Shown in pieces: positions 25,253-38,760 of a DNA stretch of 64,000 nt. The DNA lies in NCBI GenBank assembly GCA_977017645.1, contig OZ360225.1:15562001-15626000 (forward strand). The letters are read 5' to 3'. Each line of letters opens with the position of its first letter. Within the stretch, counting starts at the first letter, position 1. A program made the translations under genes and the position numbers. Under the pieces are notes generated by a model. It ran no database searches. It was not told where the DNA came from and worked only from the letters and a program-made list of their open reading frames with translations. Source of the stretch: Torpedo marmorata. Taxonomy: Eukaryota.

Positions 25253-26508
25253 CAGAATCAGAATTAGAATCAGAATTTATTGTCATGAACAAGTCATGAA
25301 ATTCGGTGTTTTGAGGCAGCATCATATTGCAATTAACATTCATATTAACCATCTAACGACATTACTATAAAAAATTATAAACAATAGTGCACGAAAAGTA
25401 AGGCAGTGTCTTTGGTTCATTGATTATTCAGGAATCTGATGGCAGCAGGGAAGAAGCTGACCTTGTGCCGTTGAGTGCTTGTCTTTAGGCTCCTGTACCT
25501 TTTTCCCGATGGAAGCAGAGTGAAGAGGGCATGGCCTGGGTGGTGGGGGTCTTTGAGGATAGAGGCTGCTTTTTTAAGACACCGCCTCATGTAGATGTCC
25601 TCGATGGAGTGAAGTTTGGTGCCTGTGATGTCACAGGCCGAGTTAACAACCCTCTGAAGTTTACTCTTGTCCTAAGAGTTGGCGCCTCCATACCAGGCAG
25701 TGATGCAACTAGCCAGAATGCTCTCCACGGTACACCTGTAGACATTTATGAGAGTCTTCGGTGACATACCGAATCTCCGCAGACACTTCACAAAGTATAG
25801 CCGCTGACGAGCCTTCTTTGTGATTGCATCAATGTGGATGCTCCAGGACAGATCCTCGGAGATGTTGACACCCAGGAATTTGAAGTTCTTGACCCTCTCC
25901 ACGACTGAGCCCTCGATGAGGACTGGGTCATGTTCCCCTGACTTCCTCCTGAAGTCCACAATCATCTCCTTGGTTTTGCTGACGTTGAGCTCAAGGTTGT
26001 TTTCATTACACCGTTCAACGAGCTGATCTATCTCCCTCCTGTACGCTTCCTCATTGCTGTTTGTGATTCTGCCGACAACTGTGGTGTCATCGGAAAACTT
26101 GTAGACGGCATTGGAATTGTGCCTGGCCGCACAGTCATGGGTGTATAACGAGTAGAGCAGTGGACTAAGCACGCATCCTTGGGGTGCGCCTGTGTTGATA
26201 ATCAGTGAGGAGGAGACGTTGTTTCCAATTCGTACTGACTGTGGTCTTCCGATGAGAAAGTCAAGGATCCAGTTGCAGAGTGGGGTACAGAGGCCTAGAG
26301 TTTGTAGCTTCTTGACCAGCACTGAGGGAATAATGGCATTGAAGGCCGAGCTGTAGTCGATGAAGAGCAGCCGTATGTATGAATTGCTGTTTTCGAGGTG
26401 ATCCAGAGCTGAGTGGAGAGCCAGTGATATTGCATCTGCTGTGGAGCGATTGTGACGATAGGCGAATTGCAGTGGGTCCAGATCTTTGCTTAGGTACGTG
26501 TTAATTCA
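25253..26508 (-). mobile_element. Rex1/Babar LINE, 5'-truncated
   Basis: RT motifs [23 protein letters not shown] and KKARQRLYF, with an (ATTCTG)n tail. Confidence 0.92.
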
Positions 26509-26676
26509 TAATTCAACATTCATATATGAATTATGTATATTATAACATATTATGTTGAAAACAGTAAGGACCTCAGTACAGATCCTTGTTTTTGCATCAC
26601 TGAACACAAGCCTCTAATCACAAAAAACACTCAACCATCTCCTCTTTCCAAGACAGTTTTAGATCCAGTAGATCAA

Positions 26677-26945
26677 AGGGTGGCACGGTTAGCGTAGCGG
26701 TTAGCATGATGCCATTACAGCACCAGTGACCAGGGTTCGAATCCACTGCTGTCTATAAGCAGTTTGTACATTTTCCCTGTGTCTGTGTGGGTTTCCTCCG
26801 AGTGCTCTGGTTTCCCCTCACATTCCAAAGACGTATGGGGCTGGTGGGTTAGTAGTCACATGCGTGTAGTTGAGCGACATTGGCTTGTGGGCCAGAAGAG
26901 CCTGTTAACGTACTGTACCTCTCAATAAATAGATAGAAAGATAAA
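26677..26945 (+). mobile_element. V-SINE (HE1-like)
   Basis: GGTGGCACGGTTAGCGTAGCGGTTAGC head, GGTTCGAATCC B-box and V-domain. Confidence 0.8.
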
Positions 26946-27120
26946 AAGAAAGAATCTGGAACAAAAAAAAACCAGAACTATTGAATAACACAACTGGCCA
27001 AGCAGTACCTGTGCAGGAAAAAAGGTCGCTCTTTCAGCTCGAGACCCTCCATCAGGACATATATTAATCCAATTTGCCTTGGGCCCTTGCCTTCTGGATC
27101 AGCCTTCCAGATGGGACCTT

Positions 27121-27354
27121 TGATAGGCCTATCAATGATACTCGAGAGACAGTGAGTAGAACACGAACAGTAGGCTTTTATTCACTATAAAAGGAAGCTA
27201 CAGTTGACCTGCTGATCTATCCCGGACTAAGGGCGGAGCAGTGGCACAAGGGCTTTTATTCGGGGGAGGAAGGGGGAGGAGCCACTGGGACAGACAGCAG
27301 GACATGCCCATACTTATCCCCAGCCCACAATACATGTAACAGTGGTTTACCACA
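27121..27354 (-). mobile_element. Short (234-bp) solo LTR
   Basis: TG...CA termini with a 5-bp TSD ACCTT (27116-27120 / 27355-27359). The flanks rejoin into the CR1 KAFDKVP motif. Orientation is tentative. Confidence 0.8.
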
Positions 27355-28703
27355 ACCTTGTCAAATGCTTTACTAAAGACCATGTAGGGTACATTAACCA
27401 CACGGCCATCATCTATATGGTTAGTTATGTTTCAAGACACTCTTTCTAAATGTAGGCTGTATAATAGTGTGACACAAACTAGATGGGATGAAGGGTCTGT
27501 TTCTGTGCTGTAGTGTTTCATGGTTCTAAATTAATCCTGTCCCTTTGAATTTTTTCCAAGAAGTTCCCTACCACTGGCATTAGACTCACTGTCCTATAAT
27601 TGCCTGCTTGATCTATGCTACACTTTTTGAATAAGGGATCCACATTTGATGTCCTCCAGTCTTCCAGCAACTCACCAGCGACCAATGGAATATTTAACCA
27701 TCTCTATAAGGAATATATAACCATCTCCCTTGGAATATCTAATGGAATATATAACCATCTCCCTTGCTTCCCACAGCTGCCTGGGATGCACCTCATCAGG
27801 TCCCAGAAATGTATGCGCGTATATGAGTGCTAAGGCATCTAATGCCTCCTCCCTTCTAATGAAATCACCATCTCATTCCCTGAAGTCTCCAACTGCAACC
27901 TCTCTCTTCTCAGTGAATACATGAAAAAAGTATTGCTTTAAGAACCTTGCCCACCTCCTCTGATGCCATGCCATTTTGGACCCTAATAGGTCCCACTCTT
28001 TCCTCAGCTGCCCTTTCTCCTCTTAAAAATACTTCATCCTCATAATTTTAATCTTATCTTACCAATAAAAACCAAGATGTATATGTTAAGAGTAGGCATT
28101 TTGAGCATTCCCCATTCTTCAATAATACAGTATCATGTCTATCTTTCCTAAACGATGTTGTGAGCCCTTGATTCCTTCGATGCCCCTAAATTGGTTTATC
28201 TGCGAACATTTGTGGTGGAGAATTCCAAAAATCAGCAACCTTTTCCAAACAAATTTCTGCTCAATTTTAACCAAGATGGCCAACTCCATATTCTGGAATA
28301 CCCAAGAACACAACACCCAGGTCAGGAAACATCTTTCTACGATATGTCTTCTCAAACCCTCAAACATTCTGTTTGTTTGATTCAGAATGCCTCATTCTTG
28401 TAAACTTGCTGGAATATTCAGTTTGCTCTTTCATACTATCAATCTCGTCATTCTAATTAGCCAATGTTGCACTCCTAATACATGCTTCTTGAGCAGAGAA
28501 CAGACCTGTACTATCACCAAAACCCACATATAATTTCAGTAAGACTTCTGTAGTCTTATGCATCATTCCTTTCATGATTAATGATTATGTACCATTTGCT
28601 CTCCGAATTACTTACTGCATTTGAATATTAACTTTCTGTGATTTATGTGTGATCCTGCTATCTCTGAAACAACATTTCCCAAACTTGCAAATGTTGACAA
28701 ACA

Positions 28704-29279
28704 TGGTGAAACTCCATTAATCTGGTCCACTCAGAAGGTTTGGTGGCTCCAGACTAGCAGATTTTCTGGATGAAAATTTTGTGAATACTTCAACATATTT
28801 TTAATTCAATTATTTGAAAAATATGTTACACAATGCCATTTCAGTGAAGTTGAGAGGGAGCACAGGAACCAGAACCAGATGAGGGTAAATGGAACAGGGC
28901 AATGGAAAATGGAAAGGAGTCAAAGACGGGAGCCCTGTGAAGTTGGAAGGAATGTGGAAATGGAGAGTGGTGTCTCAGTGAGAGAGCTGTAGTGTTGGTG
29001 GGAACCAGGGTCGCAGTGAGTGGAAGGGAGCATGGGAACTGTTGTCCTGGGCTGTGGGAACGAGGGTTCCAGCAGGTGGCAGGGCAGTGTGGGGGCTGGA
29101 GCCCCAGTTGATTGATGGACGGCAAACACAGGAACCTGGGTCCCGGCGAGTGAATGGAGAGTGTGATGACCAGGGTCCCGGCAGGTAGAGAGGGAGCACC
29201 GTAAACATCACCTGGTGAGACAGATGTTGAACCAATGGGATTTCCAGTAGTCGGATGGCGTATTATCAGAGTTTTACTG
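28704..29279. mobile_element. Older pogo/Tigger-like MITE with G-rich degenerate internal repeats
   Basis: Degenerate TIRs (GGTGAAACTCCATTAATC ... TATTATCAGAGTTTTACTG-TA). Confidence 0.5.
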
Positions 29280-30107
29280 TAACTTGATTCTTCTCATTTC
29301 TCCACTAAAATAGAAAATGTCGGATTATCCATATGGCACATCCATGCCTGCATCTTTCACTTCTGTATTCCTTTGTGTCCTCATCACTTACTTTACCATT
29401 TAGCTTCAGAATGTAACTGCATTACATGTTCCTCATGTAATTGGATACTAATAAAAGTATCATTGATGTTAGATTATTTTTTACAGGTGTATGACAATAA
29501 TACAGATTATATCAGTTGACATCTCATTTTCCAGCATTAACGAGCATTATATGTATATACAGGTCCTGTTTTTCCCAATGGGAACTTCAGAACATCATGC
29601 TGAATATTTCTTCTCTAATCACAGCCACTCCAAGGTAGGAATTGCACTGATGAGGCATTTCAGATGAAACTGTAATGATTTAGTTGGACTATCATACTGA
29701 ACCATTCAAAAGGTAGTCATATCGGGCTTTGGCAATATATCCTTGTGCCTAGATATTCACCTGCACTGATTTTTCTGGCATTGAAACACAGATAGCTGTG
29801 TTGAAAATCTTCTTTTAAATAAAATAGCAATATTCATTCATGCACAGAATTGTTCATTAATGACTCTTCCTGGACAGTTCCCTTCTCCGCCACTGAGGAT
29901 TGACATCACTATTTAACTCCTCTGCATTCTCAACACTATACAGATGCTACAATGTCATTGCTCCATACAATTCAACAAAAAAGTGTGGAAATTTGGTCGG
30001 ATATGTCCTGTTGACTAAAAGTTAGATAAATCCAATCTAACTAACTACAGTTCAGTCTTCTGTCAATCAACAAAACGATGGGTGTGATCCGCAGAGAAAT
30101 TTAGCTG

Positions 30108-30715
30108 GATTCAAGATTCTTTTATTGCCATGTGCGTAAAAGGCACACAAATTGTTTTTCTTTGTTTGCAAAGAGATACCACTAGTCCAACCCCACTATC
30201 AAGACAAGAAAGCGAAACAAATGAGCGTCCCTTCAGAGACATCAACCACCTCCTCCGATGTCACAATCTCTTGCGCTCCTGTAACCTCGGTAGCCTCGTG
30301 GCCTCTTGTCCAGTGTCCGGTCCAGCGGTTAACCCAAGCTCCAGGTGTCGGAGTCATTCTGAACACCTGATGCGATTAAGAAGCTGTCAGCGCCTGAACC
30401 CATCAGTCCAGTGGAGCCCTGCTCGCCATCCGCACCCTCACGAGTCCCAGTCCCAATACCTGGTTACCACGAGCCAATCTCCAGTAGCCTGGTGTGAGGC
30501 CTTTGGCCACCAAGCCCCGCACCGGTTTGCTGATTTAGCCCCCCTACCCCATAGGATCCTCTCCCAGGCTTCTCCTTCTCGGCATGGAGGTGTTCTCCTA
30601 CTCTGGTGCCTTGTGCCCCTCTGCTGCTCCCCTGAAGCCCACAACCCTTGTGGTCTGGGCTGTGAAGCATGGGTACTGCCATCATGGGCACGGACCTCCA
30701 TGGGTTCCCCAATTT
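30108..30715 (-). mobile_element. GC-rich retroposon, divergent subfamily
   Basis: GATTCAAGATTCTTTTATTG tail (reverse complement) and body similarity to 18441-19325. Confidence 0.65.
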
Positions 30716-31142
30716 TAATACCAATCTTCTCTTCCTTCTTCATCTCACTTTAGGCAGACCCTTGGGATTGAGGATGACAATCTAGGTCTGTGGGTATTGA
30801 GCTGGCAGATGAGGCCACTGTAGGACCCAGACTCTGACACAAATGAGGCAGAGATGGATAGATAGTTTGGGACATGTGTGAAGCTTCTGTTTGCTTTTAA
30901 AGAATGGATTTGAGGTTCTCAGTGCCACATTGAAAGCTTCTCCATTTGAAACATCGCAGGTCAAGAATTCCCATTGGCCCAAGAAGTTGGTGAGAATTTT
31001 ATACCTTTTCAAGGCCATCTTGAGAATGTCCAGGAGCCGTTCCTCTGTCCAACTTGTTGTGATGGAACTCAGAATAGAGTGTCTGCTTCTGGAGTCTGGC
31101 GTTGAACATGAGAATTAAGTTTTGACAGAAAATGCTAGAAAC

Positions 31143-32062
31143 AAGATCTTAATGTTACAATTGATGAAAAAAGATGGTCGGATTTATGTCAAGACAGTAT
31201 GACTAATACTGTTAATGTAAGACATAGATTAGTACAGTATAATCTTTTACATCAATTATACCTTACACCACAAAAACTGAATAAGATAAAATCTACGTTA
31301 TCAAATAGGTGTTTTAGATGTGGCGAAGTGGAGGGAACTTTTCTACACTCAACATGGTTATGTTCTAAAGTTAAAGGTTTTAGGATAGAGTTAGGGAACC
31401 GGTTAAAACAAATTACAGGTGTTACATTTCCACAGAATCCTGATTTATTTCTATTAGGAAATGTGGAAGGAACTAGACCAAAGTTGAAGTTATCTACATG
31501 TCAATTGAAATTTGTAAAAATTTCTTTAGCAGTAGCAAGGAAGTGTATAGCAGTAACTTGGAAATCAGATACAAGTTTAAGTATGGATAGGTGGAATTCA
31601 GAGATGTGGAGCTGTATTCCTTTGGAAAGAATAACATATAATATGAGAAACAAATATGGGATATTTTTGCAAATTTGGCGTCCATATATCCAATCATTAG
31701 GTATGAATATTTGAATGTGTTGCTCTACACCCTGGACCCTATTGACTCTCTCAAACTTAAAGAATAAATACTGTTGAATACCACGCGTCGAGCCGTGGAC
31801 CCAGCAGCGGTCCGTTCCGTTATATTGGATAAGAAATATTAATGCCTTCTTTTCTTTTTTCTATTAGTTTTTAGAAAGGGGAGGGAATTAAAGGGAGGCG
31901 AAGGGTGGAGGTTGGGCAACTTTATAGAGGGTGGGTTATGAGAGGGGTTAGATACACTGTAATACAAATTATGTTTTTTATGTACCGGAATTAATAATGT
32001 ATACTACGTATGTTGTATTACTGTGAGAAAATTTAAAATTTAAAATAAAATATTTAAAAAAA
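31143..32062 (+). mobile_element. L1-clade LINE, 5'-truncated (second family)
   Basis: QYNLLHQLYLTP...CFRC...HSTWLC, AATAAA and A-tail, and a 16-bp TSD AGAAAATGCTAGAAAC (31127-31142 / 32063-32078). Confidence 0.9.
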
Positions 32063-32582
32063 AGAAAATGCTAGAAACTCACCACAGGTCAGGTCATGTC
32101 TGTGGAAAGAGAAACAGGATTAACCTTTTGGGTCTTAGACCCTCTGACACATCTAGGAAAGATAGAAAATGTATTTTTTATGCTGCAGAGAGGAGAAGGA
32201 ATGGATTGAAGAAAATGAATATCTGTGAAACCAATTAAGATGGGGGATTTGGAAGCCTATAATTCTTATTAATCTCTGTTATATGTTGCCATGGAAGGGC
32301 AGTGATTCATGGTCAGTAGGTCAGGCTGTACTAATAGAGGGTGACAGAGTGGTGGCAGAGTATCAAGAAGGCAGCTCATTTCTAGAGGGCAATTAGGGAT
32401 GGGTTTATGTGCAGGTCTTGCTTGAATGACTGTGTTTCAGATAAAAGAATGAATATCATGACATTTCTGCATAAAGCATTGTACCAGGAGAAATACACAA
32501 AATGCTGGAGAGCAAAGACGGTCATTGTTTTGACATGAAATCCTTCATCAGGAACCTGAAAGTGGATTTTGCACTGATTTGA

Positions 32583-33040
32583 TATAAGACCATAAGACAT
32601 AAGAGCAAAAATAGGCTATTTAGCCCATTGAGTCTGCCCCTCCATTTAATCATGAGCTGATCCATTTTTCCACTCAGCTCCACTGCCCGGCCTTCTCCCC
32701 ATAACCTTTGATGCACTGGCTAATCAAGAACCTGTCAATCTCTCCCTTAAATACGCCCAATGACTTGGCCTCCACAACCGCCTGCGGCAACAAATTCCAC
32801 AGATTTACCACCCTCTGGCTAAAGATATTCCACAGGGGGCCACAGCCAAAAAAGGTTGAGAATCTCTGTTCTAAGTGGACGCGCTTCAATTCTGAAGTTG
32901 TGTCCTCTTGTCTTAGACTCTCCCAACCATGCAAAACAACCTTTCTACATCTACTCTGTCCATGCCTTTCAACATTTGAAATGTTTTATGAGATTCCCCC
33001 CTCATTCTCCTAAATTCTAATGAGTAAAGGCCAAGAATTG
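32583..33040 (-). mobile_element. CR1 3' fragment
   Basis: FSQRVVNLWNLLPQ and an ATAAGAC(C) repeat tail. Same subfamily as 60340-60830 and 61330-61752. Confidence 0.8.
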
Positions 33041-33175
33041 TGGATAGAAAACTGATCCCAAATCAAGTATAATCATCTCTCTACAAAATTCTTTATTTGG
33101 CTTCTCAACATATAAAACTCAGCTTCAGCATAATTCTGGTCTACCAAACTAATCAAATGTCTTTTAAATTCCCAG

Positions 33176-33303
33176 CTGGTCTTACGAGAAATTGAGACCA
33201 TGAAGAAATGTCTACAGAGCTTTTGGAATAGATTGGTGGACATAGAGCAGGGCATCGTTGAACAGCAGGCTTCAGTCTACAGTGATTTAACTGAGGAGGA
33301 GAG
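33176..33303 (+). CDS. ITPRID1: ITPRID1 exon, start of the C-terminal coiled coil (SSFA2_C-like): LVLREIETMKKCLQSF...DLTEEE(R)
   Basis: cccag acceptor and AG|gtatgt donor, phase 0 to 2. Resembles CCDC129 EMEAMKTICQSF...DMSEEER (from memory). Confidence 0.9.
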
Positions 33304-33632
33304 GTATGTGCAAATCAACATTAAATGTTGGATTATTAAAGGCATCATGACAAACTACATGACAAAATATTTAATTATGGAATGAAAAGTCTATTGTGCA
33401 CAAATTTGACAATGAAATGTAAATGTTAGTAACGCCCTTGCATATTTGCTTATAAGCAAATTCTACGGAGCTTTAGTTTGAAAGGATAGTGACTCTACGC
33501 AGTTCTTTATTCAACTAATATGATAAACTGAAGAAAAAAGTCTTCAAGTGATTCCTAACTGCCTTGGAGATCCCAATTTTACATTAATGTTGCTGGAAGC
33601 AAGGAATAGACAAACTGAAAATATTTAGCATT

Positions 33633-34090
33633 GTTTTTTTTAAAAATATTTTATTTAAAATTTTAAATCACAGAATACATTGTATAAAATGCAAAATTAT
33701 CAAAATACATGTGATATATTTTCTCCCCCCCAACCTCCCTCCCCACCCTAACCCTCCCACCCCTACTAATCTATAAAATAGAAAATAAGGAAAGAAAAAG
33801 ATATAAGGAGAATGTCAATCTGAAAAAAAGAACAACTATAAACTAATTTTATTGTGGAAAATAGGATCACCAGTCAGATCTGATATCCAGAGATCTTCAA
33901 ATCCTTAAACCAACCGTTTTTTATATATGGGCTCCATGTTTTCAAAAGGAAATGATATTTATTACGTAAATTGTAAGTAATTTTTTCACGTGGTATACAT
34001 GAACGAAGCTCTGCATGCCACCTTTCTAACCCTAAGTCTACATCAGATTTCCAAGTAATAGCAATACATTTCTTAGAAACAGCTAAAGCT
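33633..34090 (-). mobile_element. L1 3' fragment
   Basis: Same ORF2 end and 3' UTR as 23909-25121 and 61820-62577. Confidence 0.85.
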
Positions 34091-34254
34091 TTGACCCATG
34101 AACAGTGCTGATCTGGTGGACCAGTGAGTCATTAATTCTTCTGCCTGTGTTCTGGTTGGCTATCAAAAAAATTAAATGTTCTCAGTTCAGGTTGGTTTCC
34201 GTTTGGCTGTGGACAGAGGAGGTTTGGGACAACTTTCATTTTATATCCAAGTTG

Positions 34255-34788
34255 ATTGAGAAGCAGAGGAGATAACCCATGGGACAGTGACCATGGTGAC
34301 GGACCAGTGAGGGATTCTGCAGCTGAAGGACCCACACAGGCGGCGGGATGCTGGTGACTCGAGGCGAGGAACCCATGGAGGCTGTGGGCTGCTGGAGACT
34401 TCAGTCAAGGGACTTGCACCAGGCTGCAGACTGCTGGAGACTGGCTCGAAACTGGCTGAAGGGGTACCAGGTATTGGAACCGGGATGCGAGAGAGTGCCG
34501 AGGGCGTTGAAAGGTTCCTAATGGTATTGGAGGTTAGAATCTGGAGCTCGGGTTGCTGATGGTTTGTATTGGACTCTGTGTGGCTGTGGAGGCTGCGGAA
34601 TCGCTGGAGGCGAATCCACGGACACTCACTGACTCTGGGGGAACTCTCCTTTGCTTCCCTTTCTCTGACTGTAAGAGGCGCTTCAGGCAATTTCTGCCGA
34701 TGGCGAATCTGTCTGCCTTACAGCAGGCAAAAGCAATTTTGTGTAATATGACACTGTTTTTATTACATGACAATAAATTGAATCTTGA
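34255..34788 (+). mobile_element. GC-rich retroposon, 5'-truncated copy
   Basis: Reverse-complement match to 21703-22240, ending CATGACAATAAATTGAATCTTGA. Confidence 0.8.
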
Positions 34789-34789
34789 C

Positions 34790-36600
34790 CAACACACAAA
34801 CACAGAACAACATCTATTCTAAACATACTCTTTGCATTGTCAGAAATTTGCGATAAGTGATAATCAATACTGTCCCTTTGTTACATACAAAGTTATTGCA
34901 CAGATACAAGAAACTACACACTATTTATATTTTCAATTCAAAATCCTATTTACAACACAATCGATCCCCCGGGGAGCCCACCATTCTCGGAACTTGCCCA
35001 CCATCCCCTCAGATACCGCGTGCTCCCGCTCCAACACCGCACAGGCCCGGACATAATCCCAAAAGAGTGGCAGGCAGTCATCTCACCCTGAACCCTCCAT
35101 TGCCTGCTGCCTCGACCTGTGAATAGCCAGCTTGGCCAGGCCAAGTGTTATGGACCATGACTGACCATTGGGACTGCGGACGGTCAGCAGGAAGGATGAA
35201 GTCTTTTGGAGTACACACTGGGGCCAGGTACTGAAAGAGTTAACTTCCCCAGGACTTGGTGTACCCAGAGAGAGAGAGAGAGAGAGCAGAGAGAGAGACA
35301 GGCTGTGGAAAAGATACTTTGTTGCACTTTTGCAAAAGCAGGTGCAGACCTCTGCAAAAAGCAGACAGTTGGGAGTTGCAAAGGCTAGAGAACACAGCCA
35401 AATCCAGGCTTGTGCATCCCAGAGAAAAGGCTGAAAGAATAGCACATGGCCTCCTGTCTCAGAGAAATCCTGAGTTAAAAGCAACTTCTGTGGAGAACAG
35501 GCGTGAGATCAGCGAGACCAGCTGTGAGATCCAAGCACACGCCTCAATCAGTGGTATACTGATCTTAACTCGCAATCCTTATGAAAACACAAGAAGGGAA
35601 TGTCATCAGAGAAGAAAAACAAGTATTTGTAAGCATAAACAGTCATTGTCTCTCTCCAACGTTCAGTCAGAAGTACTTCTACCAGCACACAGAGCTGAAT
35701 TTGAAACCTGAACTTAGAGAGTGAATTTTGTGGACTGTATTATTCTTTTTTTGACTGACTTGTTTTTATGACTGACCTGGGGTTTTTGGGGAAAGTTTTT
35801 CCATTTTTACATAAGGGTTGGGCACAGACTGTAATGGTCTGGGCTTTACACACACACACACCTTTTAGATAAGAATAGTGTTTATAGACGTTTATAGTGG
35901 GGTTAATTGTTGTGAAATTATATGTTTAATTGTGTTTAATAAATATAAATTTCAATTTTACCCCTTTTGAAATGCGTCTTCTGTCGTTGCTGGTTTGATT
36001 TTGTAACACAAGAAACAACCCCACAAGGAAATCCTCTGAGCACCTGAACCCCCCTCCGCACTGGGCGGCTGTAGGTCAGGAGTGTGGGTCAGAACATGAG
36101 GAGCAGCCCCTTCAGGTATACGAAGAGGGGCTGAAACCTCTCACACTCCACATACATGGGTTACACCATTTCCTCCCTGCCGCAGAAATGACAGGCGAAC
36201 CGACTCAGGAAGCAGTTGCACGGCACCGCTCGTTGCAACACTCTCCACCCCAGGTCCCCGATGTAAAGGGGGAGGACACCCTTGAACGGAGATCTCCATT
36301 GGGGTCCCCCTTCGCCGCCGGGTGGTAAAACAAACCACCACAGCGCGTCCAGAAGGCAGACGAGGTCAAGGATGTGGAAAGTGTGCAGGAGCAGCCCGTA
36401 CAAGAACTATTTTGACACGTCTCGGAATGGCAAGGCATGAATCACCGCGAGGCGGCTCACTTTGTGTCGGACTGGCTCCCAAGAGAGACGTCGGGCCTTG
36501 GATCCGACGAGCAACTCCTGCTGTTTGGGGGGTCAGCACAGAGGGGATTGTTCCACCATCCTGAGCCTTCTCGAAACCCGTCGTGGCAGGATCTGGGTAC
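34790..36600 (-). mobile_element. Tx1-clade LINE 3' part, split by a solo LTR
   Basis: GDLGWRVLQRAVPCN...CHFCG (zf-RVT-like) and LGLAKLAIHRSRQ C-terminal motifs. Confidence 0.75.
35146..36008 (+). mobile_element. Solo LTR (Gypsy/ERV type)
   Basis: TGTTA...TAACA termini with a 4-bp TSD CAAG (35142-35145 / 36009-36012). AATAAA lies ~65 bp from the 3' end and there is an internal (AG)n. Confidence 0.85.
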
Positions 36601-36659
36601 CCTCTTGCTTTTAATGTACCTATAAAAAAAGCTTGGGATTTCCCTTCATCCCATTTCCA

Positions 36660-37020
36660 GATAGAAGTTTATGAGAGGCACAGATACAGTCGCTAATCAG
36701 AATCTTTTTTCCCAGAGTGGAAAGGGCACTGATTTAAGGTGAGAGGGGGAACATTTGAAGGAGATGGAAAAGGCGTGTGTTTTACACGGAGAGTGATAGG
36801 TGCCTGGAACCTGCTGTGGGAGGTGGGCGATGGGGGAGGGTGGTAGTGCAGTGGAAGCAGATATCATATGATATTTAAAAGGTATTCAGACAAGTACATA
36901 ATCATTCAAGGAATAGTGAGATGTGGATCATGTGCAGGCAGGTGGAATTAGTTTAAATTGACATCATAGTCAGCATGCTCATTGTGGGCCGAAGGGCCTG
37001 TTCCTGTGCTATGCTGTCAT
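36660..37020 (+). mobile_element. Old CR1 3' fragment
   Basis: Degenerate RT C-terminus and GGGCCGAAGGGCCTGTTCCTGTGCT 3' end. Confidence 0.65.
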
Positions 37021-37419
37021 AAATGTTCCAAATATAGAAGTTGCTCTCAACTTCTATAATTGAATCCTTCACAGATGAAAACATTTTTAAATCATTGAAC
37101 TGATGAGAATTTCATCTTTTAAAGACAATTCCCATTGTGAACTCGTTCAAATAAACTGTTGAATGGGATACAACTGAATCCATTCCTTTGATGTGGAGTG
37201 TCATTCCAGTGGCATACACTTCTGTTGGTAAAATCAAGCAACCGTGGTCCTTGGGTGTTGTATTTGGCGTCTGTTTTGTCAGTGTTTAAAAGTGACTTAC
37301 CTGAGCAGGACCTGACCTACGAAGTACAGCTTTGGAAATAGTTCAGGTATTTTCTCCTCAAGGCAAGAACTTGATACTAATCTACCTCAAGCAGGCCTGC
37401 ACCACCCTTTAAGCTGACT

Positions 37420-37802
37420 ATGAGAACGCAGGCCTTGGAAGCCATAGACATCATACAAGAATCCATGAGGGTGCCGGTGGAGAACAGGGCCTCCAAAGGG
37501 TCTCGGGCGCTGACAGCTTTGTGGGTTCACAGCCAGGGACCGAGGAGGGAGAATTGGAGCTCGGGTTCAGCGCTGGACCGGGCAGGAGGCCATGACACTA
37601 CGGAGGTTACGGGAGCACAGGAGGTGGCGGTATTGGGGGAGACGGTGGGATCCAAGGATATTCTATGTATCTGAGAGGAATCTCTTCTCTTTCTCGCCTA
37701 ATATTGGCATTGGACTAGTTGCACTCTTTGCGTGCCTTCACAGGGCAAAGAAGGAGAAAGGATTTTTGTGTATTTGACAATAAAGGAACCTTGAATCTTG
37801 AG
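37420..37802 (+). mobile_element. GC-rich retroposon, divergent subfamily, 3' part
   Basis: Ends GACAATAAAGGAACCTTGAATCTTGA and is the reverse-complement relative of 18441-18960. Confidence 0.55.
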
Positions 37803-38062
37803 CTGCTGCCACCACCCGATCACAGCCCAGAATATCCAATCGTGATGTCCTCCCTTCCATTGAAGCTGCAGTGCATCGAATACCTTTGTGCACGTTACAC
37901 GTGCGAGACTTACACTTTGGCATGCAGCACCTTGACTCTTGTGTTTTTACGCAGCTTTGAAGAAACTATTCTTGCCAAAAAGCTCCTTTTATTTTTCTGT
38001 ATGTGGCCCACAATCAAAAAAATTTGGCCACCCCTGCCATAATCCCTTAGAAACAGGAGAGC

Positions 38063-38760
38063 AGGCACGCTTAGCGTAGCAGTTAGTGCGATGCTTTTAT
38101 AGGGCCAGCGACCCGGATTTGAATCCGGTGGTGTCTATAAGGAGTTCGTATGTTTCCCCAGGTGCTCTGGGTTCCTCCCACCCTTCAAAACCTACAGGGG
38201 TTGTAGACGAATTGGGTTATTTGGACGGCACGTAAAAACACAGAAATGCTGGAGGAACTCAGCCGGTCTTGCAGTGTCCATCGACGGTAAAGATATATTA
38301 CCAACGTTTCGGGCCTGGGCGGTTGGTCATGGTATAAGTAAAAAAAGACAGGCATCTGTGTTAAAAGGCTGGGGAAGAATGGGAGGGGAGGAGTACAGAC
38401 TAACAGACAAAAGGTCTTAATTGGAAATGATGAGGACAGAAGAGAGGTGAGAATTGTTTGGGGGAGGGGGGTTGTTTTTGGCTCTGTGAAAGGAGATAGA
38501 GGGAAAAGGGAAGAGAGACAGAGCTAGAGGAAAGGAGATATAGGGAAAGATGGGGGCGTGGTTGTAACAGAAACAGGAGAAGTCGATGTTAATGCCATCT
38601 GGTTGGAGGGTACCCAGATGGAATATTAGGTGTTGTTCCTCCAATTTGCAGGTGGTCTCAGTCTGGCAGTGCATGAGACCATGGATAGACATGTCAGCAT
38701 GGGAATGGGGCGGGGAATTGAAATGGGGCCTGTTACCGTGCTATATGTCTAAAGAAAAAG
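38063..38760 (+). mobile_element. V-SINE interrupted by a Penelope fragment
   Basis: SINE head and V-domain at 38063-38232, tail at 38726-38760. Confidence 0.7.
38233..38725 (-). mobile_element. Penelope-like element 3' fragment (GIY-YIG endonuclease end)
   Basis: CKLEEQHLIFHLGTLQPDGINIDF followed by the same terminal region as 14880-15000. Confidence 0.75.

Larger units (their letters stand above)
23220..28030 (-). mobile_element. Old CR1 fragmented by later L1, Rex1, SINE and solo-LTR insertions
   Basis: CR1 RT remnants at ~23220-23908, 25122-25250, 26510-26670, 27065-27120 and 27355-28030 (YMVFSKAFDKVP). Confidence 0.65.

Noticed and set aside
30745-31115. Possible RTE LINE remnant
   Set aside because: Too degenerate to support without alignment.
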